A stretch of DNA of 64,000 nucleotides from Octopus sinensis (lineage: Eukaryota): the NCBI RefSeq assembly GCF_006345805.1, contig NC_043010.1:6882001-6946000 (forward strand), given 5' to 3'. Position numbers and translations under genes: made by a program. This document shows positions 1 through 12,832 of the stretch, one piece after another (position 1 is the first letter of the stretch; every line of letters begins with the position of its first letter). The notes under the pieces were generated by a model. The model made no database searches. It saw nothing but the letters and a program-made list of their open reading frames with translations, and was not told where the DNA came from.

Positions 1-299
1 GAATGTAAAATAATATTTTGATAAATATGAACTCTATGTGGCAATTTCTAGTTCCATATAATGCTTGGCATAAGTTTTAAGGAATGATGATTCTTTCTTA
101 GTGTCAATTACAGGAAGATTTAATTAGAGATAATTAGAGAAAAAAAACACTATTACTTATGATTTGTTAAAAGAGATTACATATTAGAAGTAATAGCCAT
201 ATTACTCCAGTGAATTTAAATTTCAGGTAGGTGTCCTCTGAGATACCTTTTTTATCACTCTCTACTTGGTCTGGAATTGGTCTGGAGGAAGGAGCTGTG

Positions 300-570
300 C
301 TCATAGTCTTCACATTTCCTCAGAGACTTGAGACAGATGTGGCTTATGTTCCTCTTGAACAGGTACAAGTTGACAGGAAAATCATATGCAGGGAGTGACT
401 TACACAAGGTGGTGAGAAGGAAGGTGTGTGCATAGTGGTTAGTTTGGTGCCTGGGTTAAAGGGATGGGAACAATACGGGTAAAAGAAGGAGTAAAGACAA
501 GTAAGCTGTAAGTACCTGTGTGTGGTAGTGATGATGGGTAGGGGCGAGTATTCAGCCAGCTCTACGGAGT
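300..570 (-). mobile_element. Decayed CR1-like LINE 3' fragment
   Basis: Minus-strand translation contains KSLPAYDFPVNLYLFKRNISHI, resembling the WNSLP..VFP...L..FK C-terminus of CR1-group ORF2. Confidence 0.5.
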
Positions 571-627
571 TAAGTCACTCTAGTTGCAGTAGAAAAAGGC
601 AAAGATGAAGCTGTTATAAAATACTGT

Positions 628-1039
628 TTACTCTCTTTTACTCTTTTACTTGTTTCAGTCATTTGACTGCGGCCATGCTGGAGCACCGCCTTTAGTCGAG
701 CAAATCGACCCCGGGACTTATTCTTTGTAAGCCCGGTACTTATTCTATCGGTCTCTTTTGCCGAACCGTTAAGTGACGGGGACGTAAACACACCAGCATC
801 GGTTGTCAAGCGATGGTGGGGGGACAAACACAGACACACAAACACAGAAACACACACACGCATATATATATACATATATACGACAGGCTTCTTTCAGTTT
901 CCGTCTACCAAATCCACTCACAAGGCATTGGTTGGCCCGGGACTATAGCAGAAGACACTTGCCCAAGATGCCACGCAGTGGGACTGAACCCGGAACCATG
1001 TGGCTGGTTAGCAAGCTACTTACCACACAGCCACTCCTG
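628..1039 (-). mobile_element. tRNA-derived SINE (family A), full length
   Basis: Reverse complement has A box TGGCTGTGTGG, B box GGTTCAGTCCC, a CORE-like TTGGGCAAGTG motif, an internal (TA)/(CA) microsatellite and an (AGTAAAAG)n tail; near-identical copies occur elsewhere in the window. Confidence 0.92.
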
Positions 1040-1789
1040 TTTATGTACAAATAACTTAAGTTTCATTGAGGAATCAGTTGGAAGACTGACAAAATTGATT
1101 TGAATTATGAAAGGGAAATGGAAAAATTGCTGGACAAATAAGTATGATACATATGTTAGAAAGAGATCAGTATGCACGTGAAAATATTTAGAAAGTGAAG
1201 ACTTTACAACAGCGAAGCAATTTGCGAGAGCTCGATATTTTTAGTACATTATTGGCAATCATTAGAGTATTGGATGGAATATCTTGTGTCAATTGTTCTG
1301 ATTCTTTGCGCACCGAGTTCAAATCCTGCCAAGGTCATCTTTGCCTTTTATCCACTTGGGTCAGTAAAAAAAGTTCCATTCTAGGGAAGTGGATTGAAAA
1401 AAATATCTTGCAGCGTCTGCTCCAGCTTTATGCTTCAGTGCCTGCAATGGTACTAATAAGAGGCTGGATGTGCCCTAAGGTGGTAACCTTTTCCTTAGAC
1501 AACATCAGTAGAGTAGAGAGAGAAGACCCACATGTAAGTCTCCCTTTCCATGGCACTGTTGTTGACCAAAGCCTGTACATACAAAATGCAGATACCAGCT
1601 GTGAAGGGTAAATTGTCCCCCATTTTATACTTTTGATTTTGTGCATGCACAATGTTTGTTTTTGATTTTGTTGACTACATAACATAGTAGGGTCAGTTGG
1701 GCACTGTCTGTGAGGAAAACAGCACAATGCACACTGCCAGAAATTTGGAAAGAATATGCTGTACTGTTTGGCATTCACACTGAAAACTC

Positions 1790-2477
1790 CGATATGAATA
1801 GATGGTAAACACACAGAACAACTATTACCCTGTCATATCCCCAAAACATATCCCAAGAGTGATAAAAAACAAACATCCAGTCAACATCATGGTATTTGGA
1901 GTGATCATTTATGATGGTGATGTTATACCTCCATTTATCTTACCACATGGCCTCTGACTCAACATGGAGGCATCCATCAAGTGCCTGGAGGAGGTAGTAC
2001 TGCCCTGGGCCAAGAGGGTGGCTCCTGGAAGACGCTAAGTCTGGGCAACAGGATTCTGCACTATGCCACGCAAACAGGAGAACCCAGTCATGGCTGTCAG
2101 ACAATTCCTGTGACCACATCATTCCTAACATCTGGTTACCTAACTCCCCAAACTGCAGCCCCCTTGATTATTATGTGTGGGGTGCAGTTGAGTGAGAGAC
2201 CAACAAAACTCCTTGTAACACCAAAGATGAACAAAAGGTAATAATTTTGGCAGCATTCACCAACTTAAACAAGGAAACCATCCAGAAGAGTTGCAGAAAG
2301 TTCTGAAGTCGTCTGGAGGCCGTGGTTGATGCCAATGGCGATTTTATTGAATAAATTTATTCTTTAGTATTTCAAGATATTTAAATGTAATTTTGGTAAA
2401 TATATTTGATAAAATAAGATGTCAGTGTTAATTTCATTTTTGCGTAATTTAAACAACAATATATTAACTGCACCCTG
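1790..2477 (+). mobile_element. Tc1/mariner transposon relic (DD37D/maT-like), 3' half with right TIR
   Basis: Interrupted translation IMVFGVI...WQQDSALCH...WLPNSPNCSPLDYYVWGAVE...RLEAVVDANGDFIE; ends in TTAACTGCACCCTG followed by TA (reverse complement TA-CAGGGTG). Confidence 0.88.
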
Positions 2478-3024
2478 TATAGGTAGTCAAGCCGTCTGAC
2501 AAAAGCCCTAAGAGAACTCATAGTGTGAGTGTTGAAGCATAAGTTACTTTTAATCCTCATGTTTTGCTGGAGGCAACTTGTAACTTATGTAATATAAACT
2601 ACTTAATGAGCAAAAAGTGTCAATGAGAAGTACAGAATCAAGGTCTAAAAGAATTACTTGCTTTATGTAAAAATAAAACAGAATCCAAATGAACTGACAT
2701 TCATCTGTGTCGTACTGAAAGCAGAGATCATGTAATACAAAGGAGTGAGTAATGATATATTGAATGTGAAAAGAATTGACGATGGACAGAAGTGTAAGTG
2801 AATAATATGATTGATTATTAGAAGCATTTGCTATTGTTGTCAAGCGTAATGAATAACTAAGGAGATGTGGACATAAGAAGAGAATGGACTGCATAAGTTA
2901 GATAAAACAGTGTCAATAGATTCTAGTAGAAACTAGTAGAGATTAGCAATGGGGAAAAGAAAGCTGGGAGAAGAAACATTAACAAGTAGACAAAGTAATG
3001 GGCAATACACTCATGTCCTGAGTT

Positions 3025-3388
<364 letters not shown>

Positions 3389-3614
3389 TAAGTAATTAAG
3401 GGTTTAGCAACGATTTGCCTCACCACACACCGAATTTAGACTGCTATTTTGACTGCTATTTCTAAATTCGGTGTGTGGTGAGGCAAATCGTTGCTAAATC
3501 CTTAATTACTTAGTATTACTTAAACCTTCCTTGAATAGGGCTTTTACATGCCGAACTCTACTTGGTGAAATTAATGATTATTTCTAAATTAATTAATTTC
3601 ACCCTTTATTATTG

Positions 3615-3645
<31 letters not shown>

Positions 3646-4036
3646 CATATATACACACACTCATACACACACACATATATATATATATCATCAATAGATC
3701 ATAAATCATGAACCCGAAAGAGAGGTACACTCCAATTGATAAAGCAATTGAGTATTTAGACAATGCTTGTTATAGCTGGGTCATAGGGTTACCCAGGTTT
3801 TCACATCCTTAAAGCACTTAGCTTTATACACATCTTTACAGACCCAAATGGCCGGTGGCCTATAACTTCTCTTCAAATGTGGTTATCTTTTCAAAACTTT
3901 GCCTGGTTTATAAAAACCACATCAGACACGTTGATAGAGCTAAGGTATAAGTACAAAAGGTGGTCAGACTCTGCATAAGGAGTAAGCAACCACCACTATA
4001 TGTATGTATATGTATGTATGTACATGTATGTATATG

Positions 4037-4092
<56 letters not shown>

Positions 4093-4095
4093 CTA

Positions 4096-4187
4096 TATTT
4101 AAAGCAGCAGAAAATTCCACAAAACCTGTTACTCTGAGTTTCGCGTTGCCGTTCGTCGGACAGGGGAATTTTCTGCTGCTTTAAATA
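4096..4187 (-). ncRNA. Minimal type-I hammerhead ribozyme motif with extended stem I
   Basis: Minus strand: cctgt-CCGACGA-acg gcaa cgc-GAAA-ctc a gag-TA-acagg, closed by a 23-bp perfect stem (tatttaaagcagcagaaaattcc / ggaattttctgctgctttaaata) with a 6-nt bulge. Confidence 0.75.
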
Positions 4188-4261
4188 AAGCATATTACTC
4201 TACCACTGGTATTTGAGTACTCTTTTTACCACCTTGTTTCACATTTATGTGTTTACTCCGG

Positions 4262-4293
<32 letters not shown>

Positions 4294-4874
4294 TGTTTGC
4301 ATATGTGTGTGTATATATGTGTGTGTGTGTGTTATTTTATACACACAAATTACTTACTCATATACACATATATAAGTATATACATATATATACATGTATA
4401 TATGTATGCATTCGTATACACTGAAGTAATTCGCATTTATGAAGACATGACTTGTGAAATGAATTACTTATTTTAACATCTGTGAATATTAATAACTTCC
4501 TTCCTCATGTACACATCTAGTCTTTTCAAGTTACACACATGCATGCATGCACATACACTGACAAGCACGTACACACAGACACACAGACACACAGACCCCC
4601 AAACAGACACACAAACACACATACACACTCACACACACATACACACACGCATATTGTAATTTGGGAGTTTTGTTTCAAGCAGTTCTCCCTGCTATATACA
4701 CAGGCTGATCACATTGTTCAACACTGTCATAAAAGCCCATCGAGACATCAGATCAGTCTGGGGGTTCAAATCTCCTGACCCTAAGCTCGTGCTTTATCAA
4801 AGAGTAGGGGTTTCACATGCAAGCATAATTAATTCAGTATCCAATTCATCAATGTAGTCATATCCGCTGATGAA

Positions 4875-4876
<2 letters not shown>

Positions 4877-4956
<80 letters not shown>

Positions 4957-5007
4957 CCGTCATCATCATCATCATCATCATCATCACCATCATCACCATC
5001 ACCATCG

Positions 5008-5048
<41 letters not shown>

Positions 5049-5250
5049 GTTTAACATCTGTTTTCCATGCTGGCATGGGTTGGATGGTTTAACAGGAACT
5101 GACCAGACTCCAATTGTCTGTATTGGTCAACCACTTTATTTTGTGCTGGTGCCTTTTGTGTGCTACTGGCATGGGGACTTTTACACAGCACTGGCATGAG
5201 TGCATTCTATGTGGCACTGGTGCAAGTGCATTCTATGTAGCATTGGCACC
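4877..5250 (-). mobile_element. (GAT)n-tailed RTE-type short retroelement (family B), diverged, tail expanded to about 170 bp
   Basis: (CAT)n 4877-5047 followed by cgtttaacatctgttttccatgctggcatgggttgg, matching the copies at 11.1, 45.4, 47.4 and 52.5 kb. Confidence 0.8.
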
Positions 5251-5537
5251 AGCAAAGGATATGCCTAAATGTATTAATGACTGTGGTTTTACTTAGCTCA
5301 GTGCATCTTCTCAAGTACAGCAAATCCCCACAACTCCTGCTCCATTGTCATTTCCTCAATAAGGCCCAGCATCTGAATATCCCCTCTCATCACTTCATCC
5401 TACATTTTTCTGGGTCTATCTCTTCTACAGGTTCCCTCCACGATTACAGATCAGCACTTCTTTAGGGCTTGGATACCAAGGGATGGAAGTCCACAATATT
5501 GAAGTTTGTGAATCCAGCTCTAGCTTATTTCTCTGCA

Positions 5538-5697
5538 AGTAGCTTGCTTGCCAACCACATGGTTCCGGGTTCAGTCCCACTGTGTGGCATCTTGGGCAAG
5601 TGTCTTCTACTATAGCCTCGGGCCAACCAAAGCCTTGTGAGTGGATTTGGTAGACGGAAACTGAAAGAAGCCCATCGTATATATGTATGTATATGTG
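5538..5697 (+). mobile_element. SINE family A, 5' half only
   Basis: B box GGTTCAGTCCC and the CORE-like segment; the match stops at the internal microsatellite. Confidence 0.88.
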
Positions 5698-6667
5698 GTC
5701 ATATGATATTGTGAACAACTGGTGTGGTGTTTAAAAGTGTATGTCAATATCACAGGTGTAACAAACAACAGAGTATGCTGTGTACAAGGAAGATATCTAA
5801 ATAGGAATTAAATTCATATATTTCACTAGCATAATCAGTATTGAAAAATATTCAAAATGTATTCGAATGTTTATATCTGCAGTTATTCAGACTTAACTCA
5901 GGCTAGAAAGGAAACAGTTATTTTTCTGTTATAGATCTGAGAAACACCCATGACCGACTTTGATAACAGCATCACCAAAACTACTGCCAAATCTAAGACA
6001 GTATAAAATTCTATTCTTACTTCTGTTGTTCATTTCATTTACATAAAGATATGCGACTGTGCTTGAGAAAAATAGGCAAATATTATTTTTGAAAACCAAG
6101 GATGAAATGGTTTCATCATAGATCTATTCAATGATGACTGACCCAGGATTTATCAACAACAATTATAAATGCTTTGAGTTAATGCATGATTATCTGTATC
6201 AGTAATTTCCATCCCTTTCTTTATCATTTAAACTCTTGGTTTTTATGTATTTTACTGCTTTTCCTCTTCTTCTGTGCAAAAAAATAAAAACTAAATAAAC
6301 TCCATAAATAAAATTCAAAGGGAGATATTCAGAATGTCATATGCAAAAAAACTTTTTAATTGAAATTTCCCTTTCTGTTTCAGAAAGCGATTCAAATCTT
6401 AACAGCTTAGCAGTCATTGTTAGTGACACTCAAAGAAAAGGGGGAGGTAATTTCAAAGTATGTTTCTTAAAGTTAATTTATATGCATTGTGAAAGGAAAG
6501 TTCACATCTCTGCCAACCTGCTATCTTTAGGCACTTGTATATTAGCACTAGTATACTCACACACTAAATGCAGCATTTATTATTTGACTTCAGTGTCTGT
6601 AATATTTTGGGATTGTGAAGTGTCATTCTCCCTGTTTGGGTTTTGGTTTTTTATCTATCTATCTATA

Positions 6668-6695
<28 letters not shown>

Positions 6696-6698
<3 letters not shown>

Positions 6699-6906
6699 TC
6701 TTTTACTCTTTTACTTGTTTCAGTCATTTGACTGTGGCCATGCTGGAGCACCGCCTTTAATCAAGCAACTCGACCCTGGGACTTATTCTTTTGTAAGCCC
6801 AGTACTTATTCTATCAGTCTCTTTTGCCGAACTGCTAAGTAACGGGGACATAAACACACCAGCATCGGTTGTCAAGCAATGCTAACACAAACACACACAC
6901 ACACAC

Positions 6907-6952
<46 letters not shown>

Positions 6953-7153
6953 CTCTTTTACTCTTTTACTGTTTCAGTCATTTGACTGTGGCCATGCTGG
7001 AGCACCGCCTTTAATCAAGCAACTCGACCCCGGGACTTATTCTTTTGTAAGCCCAGTACTTATTCTATCAGTCTCTTTTGCCGAACTGCTAAGTAACGGG
7101 GACATAAACACACCAGCATCGGTTGTCAAGCAATGTTAGGGGGACAAACACAG

Positions 7154-7205
<52 letters not shown>
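6696..7205 (-). mobile_element. Two tandem 3'-half copies of SINE family A
   Basis: 6696-6890 and 6952-7205 are near-identical, share variants (ttaatcaagcaact, ctgctaagtaacggggacataa) and both end in the CA/TA tract. Confidence 0.9.
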
Positions 7206-7224
<19 letters not shown>

Positions 7225-7790
7225 TGATGATGTATATACAAATAATAATGCCAAAATCTTAGTTCTGAGTTCATGCTTCTTCGTTTCAATAACCCAGCTA
7301 TTTAATCATTCAAATGCACATTTATAATGTACTGGGAAATAGCAATCCCCAAAAGACAACACTCTGCTCAATCTGTGATTGTGTTATGAGTTAATTTTTT
7401 TTTTTACCCCCAGCATTTCAATTTGTTTTGTGATATAGATTTTCTTTCACCGACTCAAAAGGTTGAGAAATAGATGAAAACAAATGATATGTATGTAATT
7501 ACCATTGTGGACATTTTTGCTTAGAGCTAAGTGTTTCATATCTTTCAACAGCCATTGATTTGTTGTTATTTGTTTGATTCTTTTTATGCCAATGTATTTA
7601 GTTAAAAATATGCATCTACCCATAAACAGAATCAATATTTGTCGTAGCCATAACCTATAAAGGCACTGGAAGCACAATAACATATATGGCTAAGAGGTAA
7701 ATAAATTAATTATCAAAAATTATTTACCAAGACACAAATAAAGATAAAAAATCGCAGTAAGTTGAATTCACTGTTCAATATGAGATATCT

Positions 7791-8206
7791 CTCTTTACTC
7801 TTTTACTCTTTTACTTGTTTCAGTCATTTTGACTGCGGTCATGCTGGAGAACCACCTTTAGTCGAGCAAATCCACCCCGGGACTTATTCTTTGTAAGCCC
7901 AGTACTTATTCTATCAGTCTCTTTTGCTGAACCGCTAAGTGACGGGGATGTAAGCACACCAGCATCGGTTGTCAAGCAATGTTAGGGGGACAAACACAGA
8001 CACACAAACACACACACAGACACATATATATATATATATATATATATACGACAAGCTTCTTTCAGTTTCCGTCTACCAAATCCACTCACAAGGCATTGGT
8101 CGGCCCGGGGCTATAGCAGAAGACACTTGCCCAAGATGCCACGCAGTGGGACTGAACCCGGAACCATGTGGTTGGTTAGCAAGCTACTTACCACACAGCC
8201 ACTCCT
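7791..8206 (-). mobile_element. SINE family A, full length
   Basis: Same head, body and tail as 628-1039. Confidence 0.92.
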
Positions 8207-8602
8207 ACCAAATATTTTAAATATAAGATAAATATTTATATCAGTTTCTGGTCCTTATTTGCTGCATCGGTTTCTCCCATCTCTGCAAAGAACTTCTGCA
8301 TTTAGGTCTACATTACACAAATACCAAAGCATAAATTTTATTGAATTACCTGATAGTTCTTCATAATGTGATCCCATTTTCTCAGTGAATTCACAGTCAT
8401 TCTGAGATTTTGCTGTCATTTGTCGGTAATTGTAAAAAGAACACCGAAAGTCTTCTTCATCTTTTCTATGACTGGCAGGTCTGTGAGCATTTTGAACATA
8501 TATCTATATGAAAAATACATACATATCTATATAGATATAAATATAAACATATATATATATACACATACACACACTATATATAAATACAAACAAACACACA
8601 CA

Positions 8603-8660
<58 letters not shown>

Positions 8661-9679
8661 CAAGGAATTGATATCAAAATTAATTTTTTTTAATGCACAA
8701 GGTGTGTATAAAAATAGAGAAATTGGTATGGAGTGTCATGTCAAGAAATATATTTGTGTCTAAATAAAATTTCTGCTAATGTTGATCATCTCTGTGAAAG
8801 AAAAAAAAAATGAAGAAATCCTCAAACAACAATGAATTTTTTTCCTTCAATTTTTGCTGATCACTTACTTATATTTTTGTAAATATCAAATAAATCATAA
8901 TAAAGCAATAAAGAAAAAAAAAATTTTTAAATCATTCTCTGTATTAGAGTAAAATACTAAGCATATGGAAGATATGGAAAAAAATTGCCATATTCTTAAA
9001 GGAAATTTGGAAGCAAATTCTGGGGAAATACTGAAATTATTTTGATCTTTCAGTGACTTTTATCTGCATATCATTTGGAAACAATTTTTATTGTAGTAAA
9101 ATTACTTTCTTGTTCTCTCATTTCTTGGTTATCTTCCAAGTTATTCAGTGAGCCAATGCTTCGAATTATAATAAATTCTGATGATAGCTTACATCTGTAT
9201 TCTTATGATAGATAATGCAGCTTTGGCTCCAGAAATATGAATTGAAATAAGAATTCTGAATGTCATAAAATGTTGAAATGTTCCAAAGGAAATGACTGAG
9301 CAAGTAAATGGTGCAGAATCTTGCTCATTTTAGATGTTAGATATTGTGCCTTCTAAAATAAACAGTCAAACCAATAGATTACTTTTGCTTAAAACCCATT
9401 ACCATTTTATTTCTATAATTTTTTTCAATCTACATATTCACTATACCATTCCTACAAAAAGTCTCATGAAAGTGTACAGCTTCACAAAACATTTGAAAAG
9501 TTACAATTAGAAATATGAAGAAAATATCACAGAAAAGAAGCTCTTTTGATATTAAATTATTAGTAAATGGATTACAATTTAGAAAAAGAACATCATAAAT
9601 ATTTAATCATATCATATTACACTCATTCACATTCATGCTCATATGCGCACTTCTATTTTTATGAATACATATGTATATA

Positions 9680-9727
<48 letters not shown>

Positions 9728-10150
9728 CATACATACATTGAATTAGTTTTGATTGGGACTTCAAGTTTCATCTAATAATGAAAGTTTCTGGTCAAATATA
9801 ATTTAATAATAAATTTGACTTTCCCTCTAGTTATGGTGTAAGTATTCTGTTGTTATTTGATAAAATACCTTTAAAATAACCGAAAAAATTAACACACACA
9901 TTAATATAAGTGTGTGTATTCATAAACGTGCTTGTGTAAGTGCATAGTTTTGAATGTATGTGTATTTGTATTATTATTTTATCTGTTTCTATTTATAGCA
10001 GAAAAAACTATAATTTAAGAGAAAGTCCTTAATGCTTAAAGTAAAGGGGAAATATAATTTGTATCTATTAAATTAAAAAGTCTTACAGGAATTTTTTGTT
10101 AAGAAGGAAAAAGTACTAGTCTTGTAAGCATAATTAATTTATTTAACATG

Positions 10151-10187
<37 letters not shown>

Positions 10188-10440
10188 AAAGAAAACAGAA
10201 AAGGGAGAAGTACCAATGAACAATTGACTTACATCAATTATTATTTACTAATTCAATGCAGATAAACTGCATCCAACCTAACAGCTGTTTCTGCTTCCAG
10301 TGTTGCATGCTATTGTATACAACATTGGAAGCAGAAACAGCTGTTAGATGGGATGCAGTTTATTTGCATTGAATTAATAAATAATAATTGGTGTAAGTCA
10401 ATTGTTGTTTATCATTGCTTCTCTATTTTCTGTTTTCTTT
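10188..10440. repeat. Long inverted repeat (about 120-bp arms, 4-14-nt loop) abutting a (TA)n tract
   Basis: aaagaaaacagaaaa...cagctgtttctgcttccagtgttg pairs with caacattggaagcagaaacagctg...ttttctgttttcttt, with scattered transitions and small indels. Confidence 0.9.
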
Positions 10441-10834
10441 AAATTTTGATTCTTGATAAACCCATGTTTATCCTTGTCTTTACCTACAAATTATGAACAT
10501 AATACAATTGCATATGTATGCCCATGGTTAAACACAGGTAATATACCAGCAGTGTAGCAGTTGACTATGGTGCAGCATGCATATGTGAGAGTGTATGTGC
10601 GTCTCCTTGTCTTGACACCACTTGATAGTAGTAAATAAGTGTTATTGTCATACAAGCAATGTCACATTCATTTCCAATCTTAAGGGGAAACACGTCCTGC
10701 CATGGGTAAAATGATAACTCACTTCGAAATGTGAGAATTTGTGACAGGAAATTTGCCTTCATAAACTTAATTCTTTCTGATCCATTCAAGCATGGAAAAG
10801 CGTATAGTACAGCTTTGATGACAATGACAATGAC

Positions 10835-11140
10835 ACTGGTGGTGACATTTATACATGCCGAAGCCAGTGCCGCCTTGACTGGCTTCCATAAAATGCACCA
10901 ATCCGACCGTGGCCGATGCCAGCCTCGCCTGGCACCAGTGCAGGTGGCACGTAAAAAGCACCCACTACACTCACGGAGTGGTTGGCGTTAGGAAGGGCAT
11001 CCAGCTGTCGAAACTTTGCCAGATAAGACCGGAGCCTGGTGCAGCCTTCTGGCTTCCCAGATCCCCGGTCGAACCATCCAACCCATGCTAGCATGGAAAG
11101 CGGACGTTAAACGATGATGATGATGATGATGATGATGATG
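10835..11140 (+). mobile_element. (GAT)n-tailed RTE-type element (family B)
   Basis: ggagtggttggcgttaggaagggcatccagc...gcggacgttaaacgatgatgat; preceded by an older related element (about 10490-10830). Confidence 0.88.
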
Positions 11141-12724
11141 CTTGACTGAGGAAGGAAGGCAAAGCAAAGGAAGAATAAAATTATAAATGAAAGAGAGACA
11201 TATATGCTGTGAGTACAGTGAAAAGAAGTTGATCATTGCTTAAAAACTATAAAATACCATTAAAAAAGTACAAATTCTATGTCATTTTCTAGTTATGAGT
11301 AAAACAAGGGTGCTCAGACTTTTGATGGTCATCATTCTTCTGTAGAATACATTTGTGCAACACCTCAAAGAGAAGGTTGGTTTAAAGAATGTAGAAATAG
11401 CAAGAAATATAGAGAAGAAAAGAGAGAAGTAGAAAATAAAAGAAAGGAAAAAAAGAAACGATAAAGGAATGATAAAAATAAGAAAGATATTTGTATTTAC
11501 AGTACAGAGAAGACAGATGATTAAGGGGTTTAAATAAATAAATAAATAAAATGTAGTAAAGTAGAGTAGAGTAGAAATTTTCAAAAGATTCATTTCTCAG
11601 ATACTTGTACTTTCATCAATGTTGAGGAAAGAGAAGGAGAGAAGCAAGGAGATTTAGTAATAATTTTCAGTCTTCTGTGAAATATCTTTGAACAACATTT
11701 AGCTCTGGGGTGTCTTTCACACAAAATTCAGGTTTGAAAAGAGAAATTTTAAAAATGTGTATAATTTGTGTAATTAGACTCTAGGTGGAATGAAGTTTCA
11801 TGGGGTAAAGTTGTGTTGGTGATAACACTTCAAAATTAGCTCATTTTATGAATTTAAACAGGTTTGCAGGCAACATAAAATTATTTTTTTCTCTGATACA
11901 TTGATAACATGAGTCAGAAGCTTCAAAATATATCTTTTAGCCACCATACATTTTGTGAGAGATGTGTGGTTGTTTTAATCCTAGAGATATCTAAAAGATA
12001 TATCTATTGTGTAAAACTGCTATTAACAATATGTTTCAATGAGGTTAAATAGGTGTATTCAATTTCGTCTATTAAGTTCATTTTCACATCATGACATTAA
12101 TTGTTTCCTGAGATAGTTGGCATGCCGTTCACAAAAATTAATTTACAAATGTGGAGGAAATTATCAAATAATTTCTTCTATTTATCCCAGAAATCAGGCT
12201 TTTAATGTTACAAGGATAATTGTACACAGCTGTGGCTAAATTTCATGAGTTCCCTGTTAAATATTTTGTAAGTGGAGAGTAAATTTAGACTAGTCTTAAA
12301 AAGGTTTTGGTGCCAATGCAAATTCTATGATGTTACTCTGTTATATGGTTGTGTGAGGTATTACTTATAAAATTCTTAATTTATTAAAATTCCCTTTAGG
12401 GAGACAGATGGAAAGCAAAAACTTACTGGTGATTGTTAGCAGAATTGAATTGGAAAAGAATACTATTTTATGTAAAAAGACAACCTGATCTTTGTTTTGG
12501 AAATGAAAGTCAGCAATGGATGAATTTTGGCCTTAGTTTGGTTTCTCTATAATATATATATATATATATATATTCACAACGACCTGACCTCGAACACAGA
12601 AGTGTAAACAAGAGAGACAGAGCAAGGCAGAAACAAGGGAAATGCCACTTATATTTGAACACTATACAAATATTCCTTTAAAAAAACTTTTCTTTTAATT
12701 TTTCTAAATTTAATTATTTAATCG

Positions 12725-12768
12725 TTACAGTTGAAAAGGTCTCAAAATGACCGAAACCGGTACTGAAA
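12725..12768 (+). ncRNA. Degenerate minimal hammerhead ribozyme motif inside a TA-flanked cassette (12573-12817)
   Basis: ttacag-TTGAAAA-ggtc tcaaaat gacc-GAAA-CCGG-TA-ctgaaa: stem II, GAAA, palindromic stem III and stem I are present; the CUGANGA box has two substitutions. Confidence 0.55.
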
Positions 12769-12832
12769 TGTTCTTTATAAAATTATTTTAGCATTTTCTA
12801 TCTTGACTTGTTTTTACATATATATATATATA

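Noticed and set aside
570-1103. Recurrent ORFs (MSSNARGTNT..., ...DTCPRCHAVGLNPEPCGW) seen at many loci
   Set aside because: They are translations of the same SINE, not a gene family.
4797-5199. Poly-D, poly-M and poly-S ORFs
   Set aside because: Translation of the (CAT)n tail of a family B element.
6384-6446. 63-nt plus-strand segment with a good acceptor (ctttctgtttcag) and a GTAATT donor, open in phase 1
   Set aside because: No partner exons or homology are recognisable; such sites arise by chance in AT-rich DNA.
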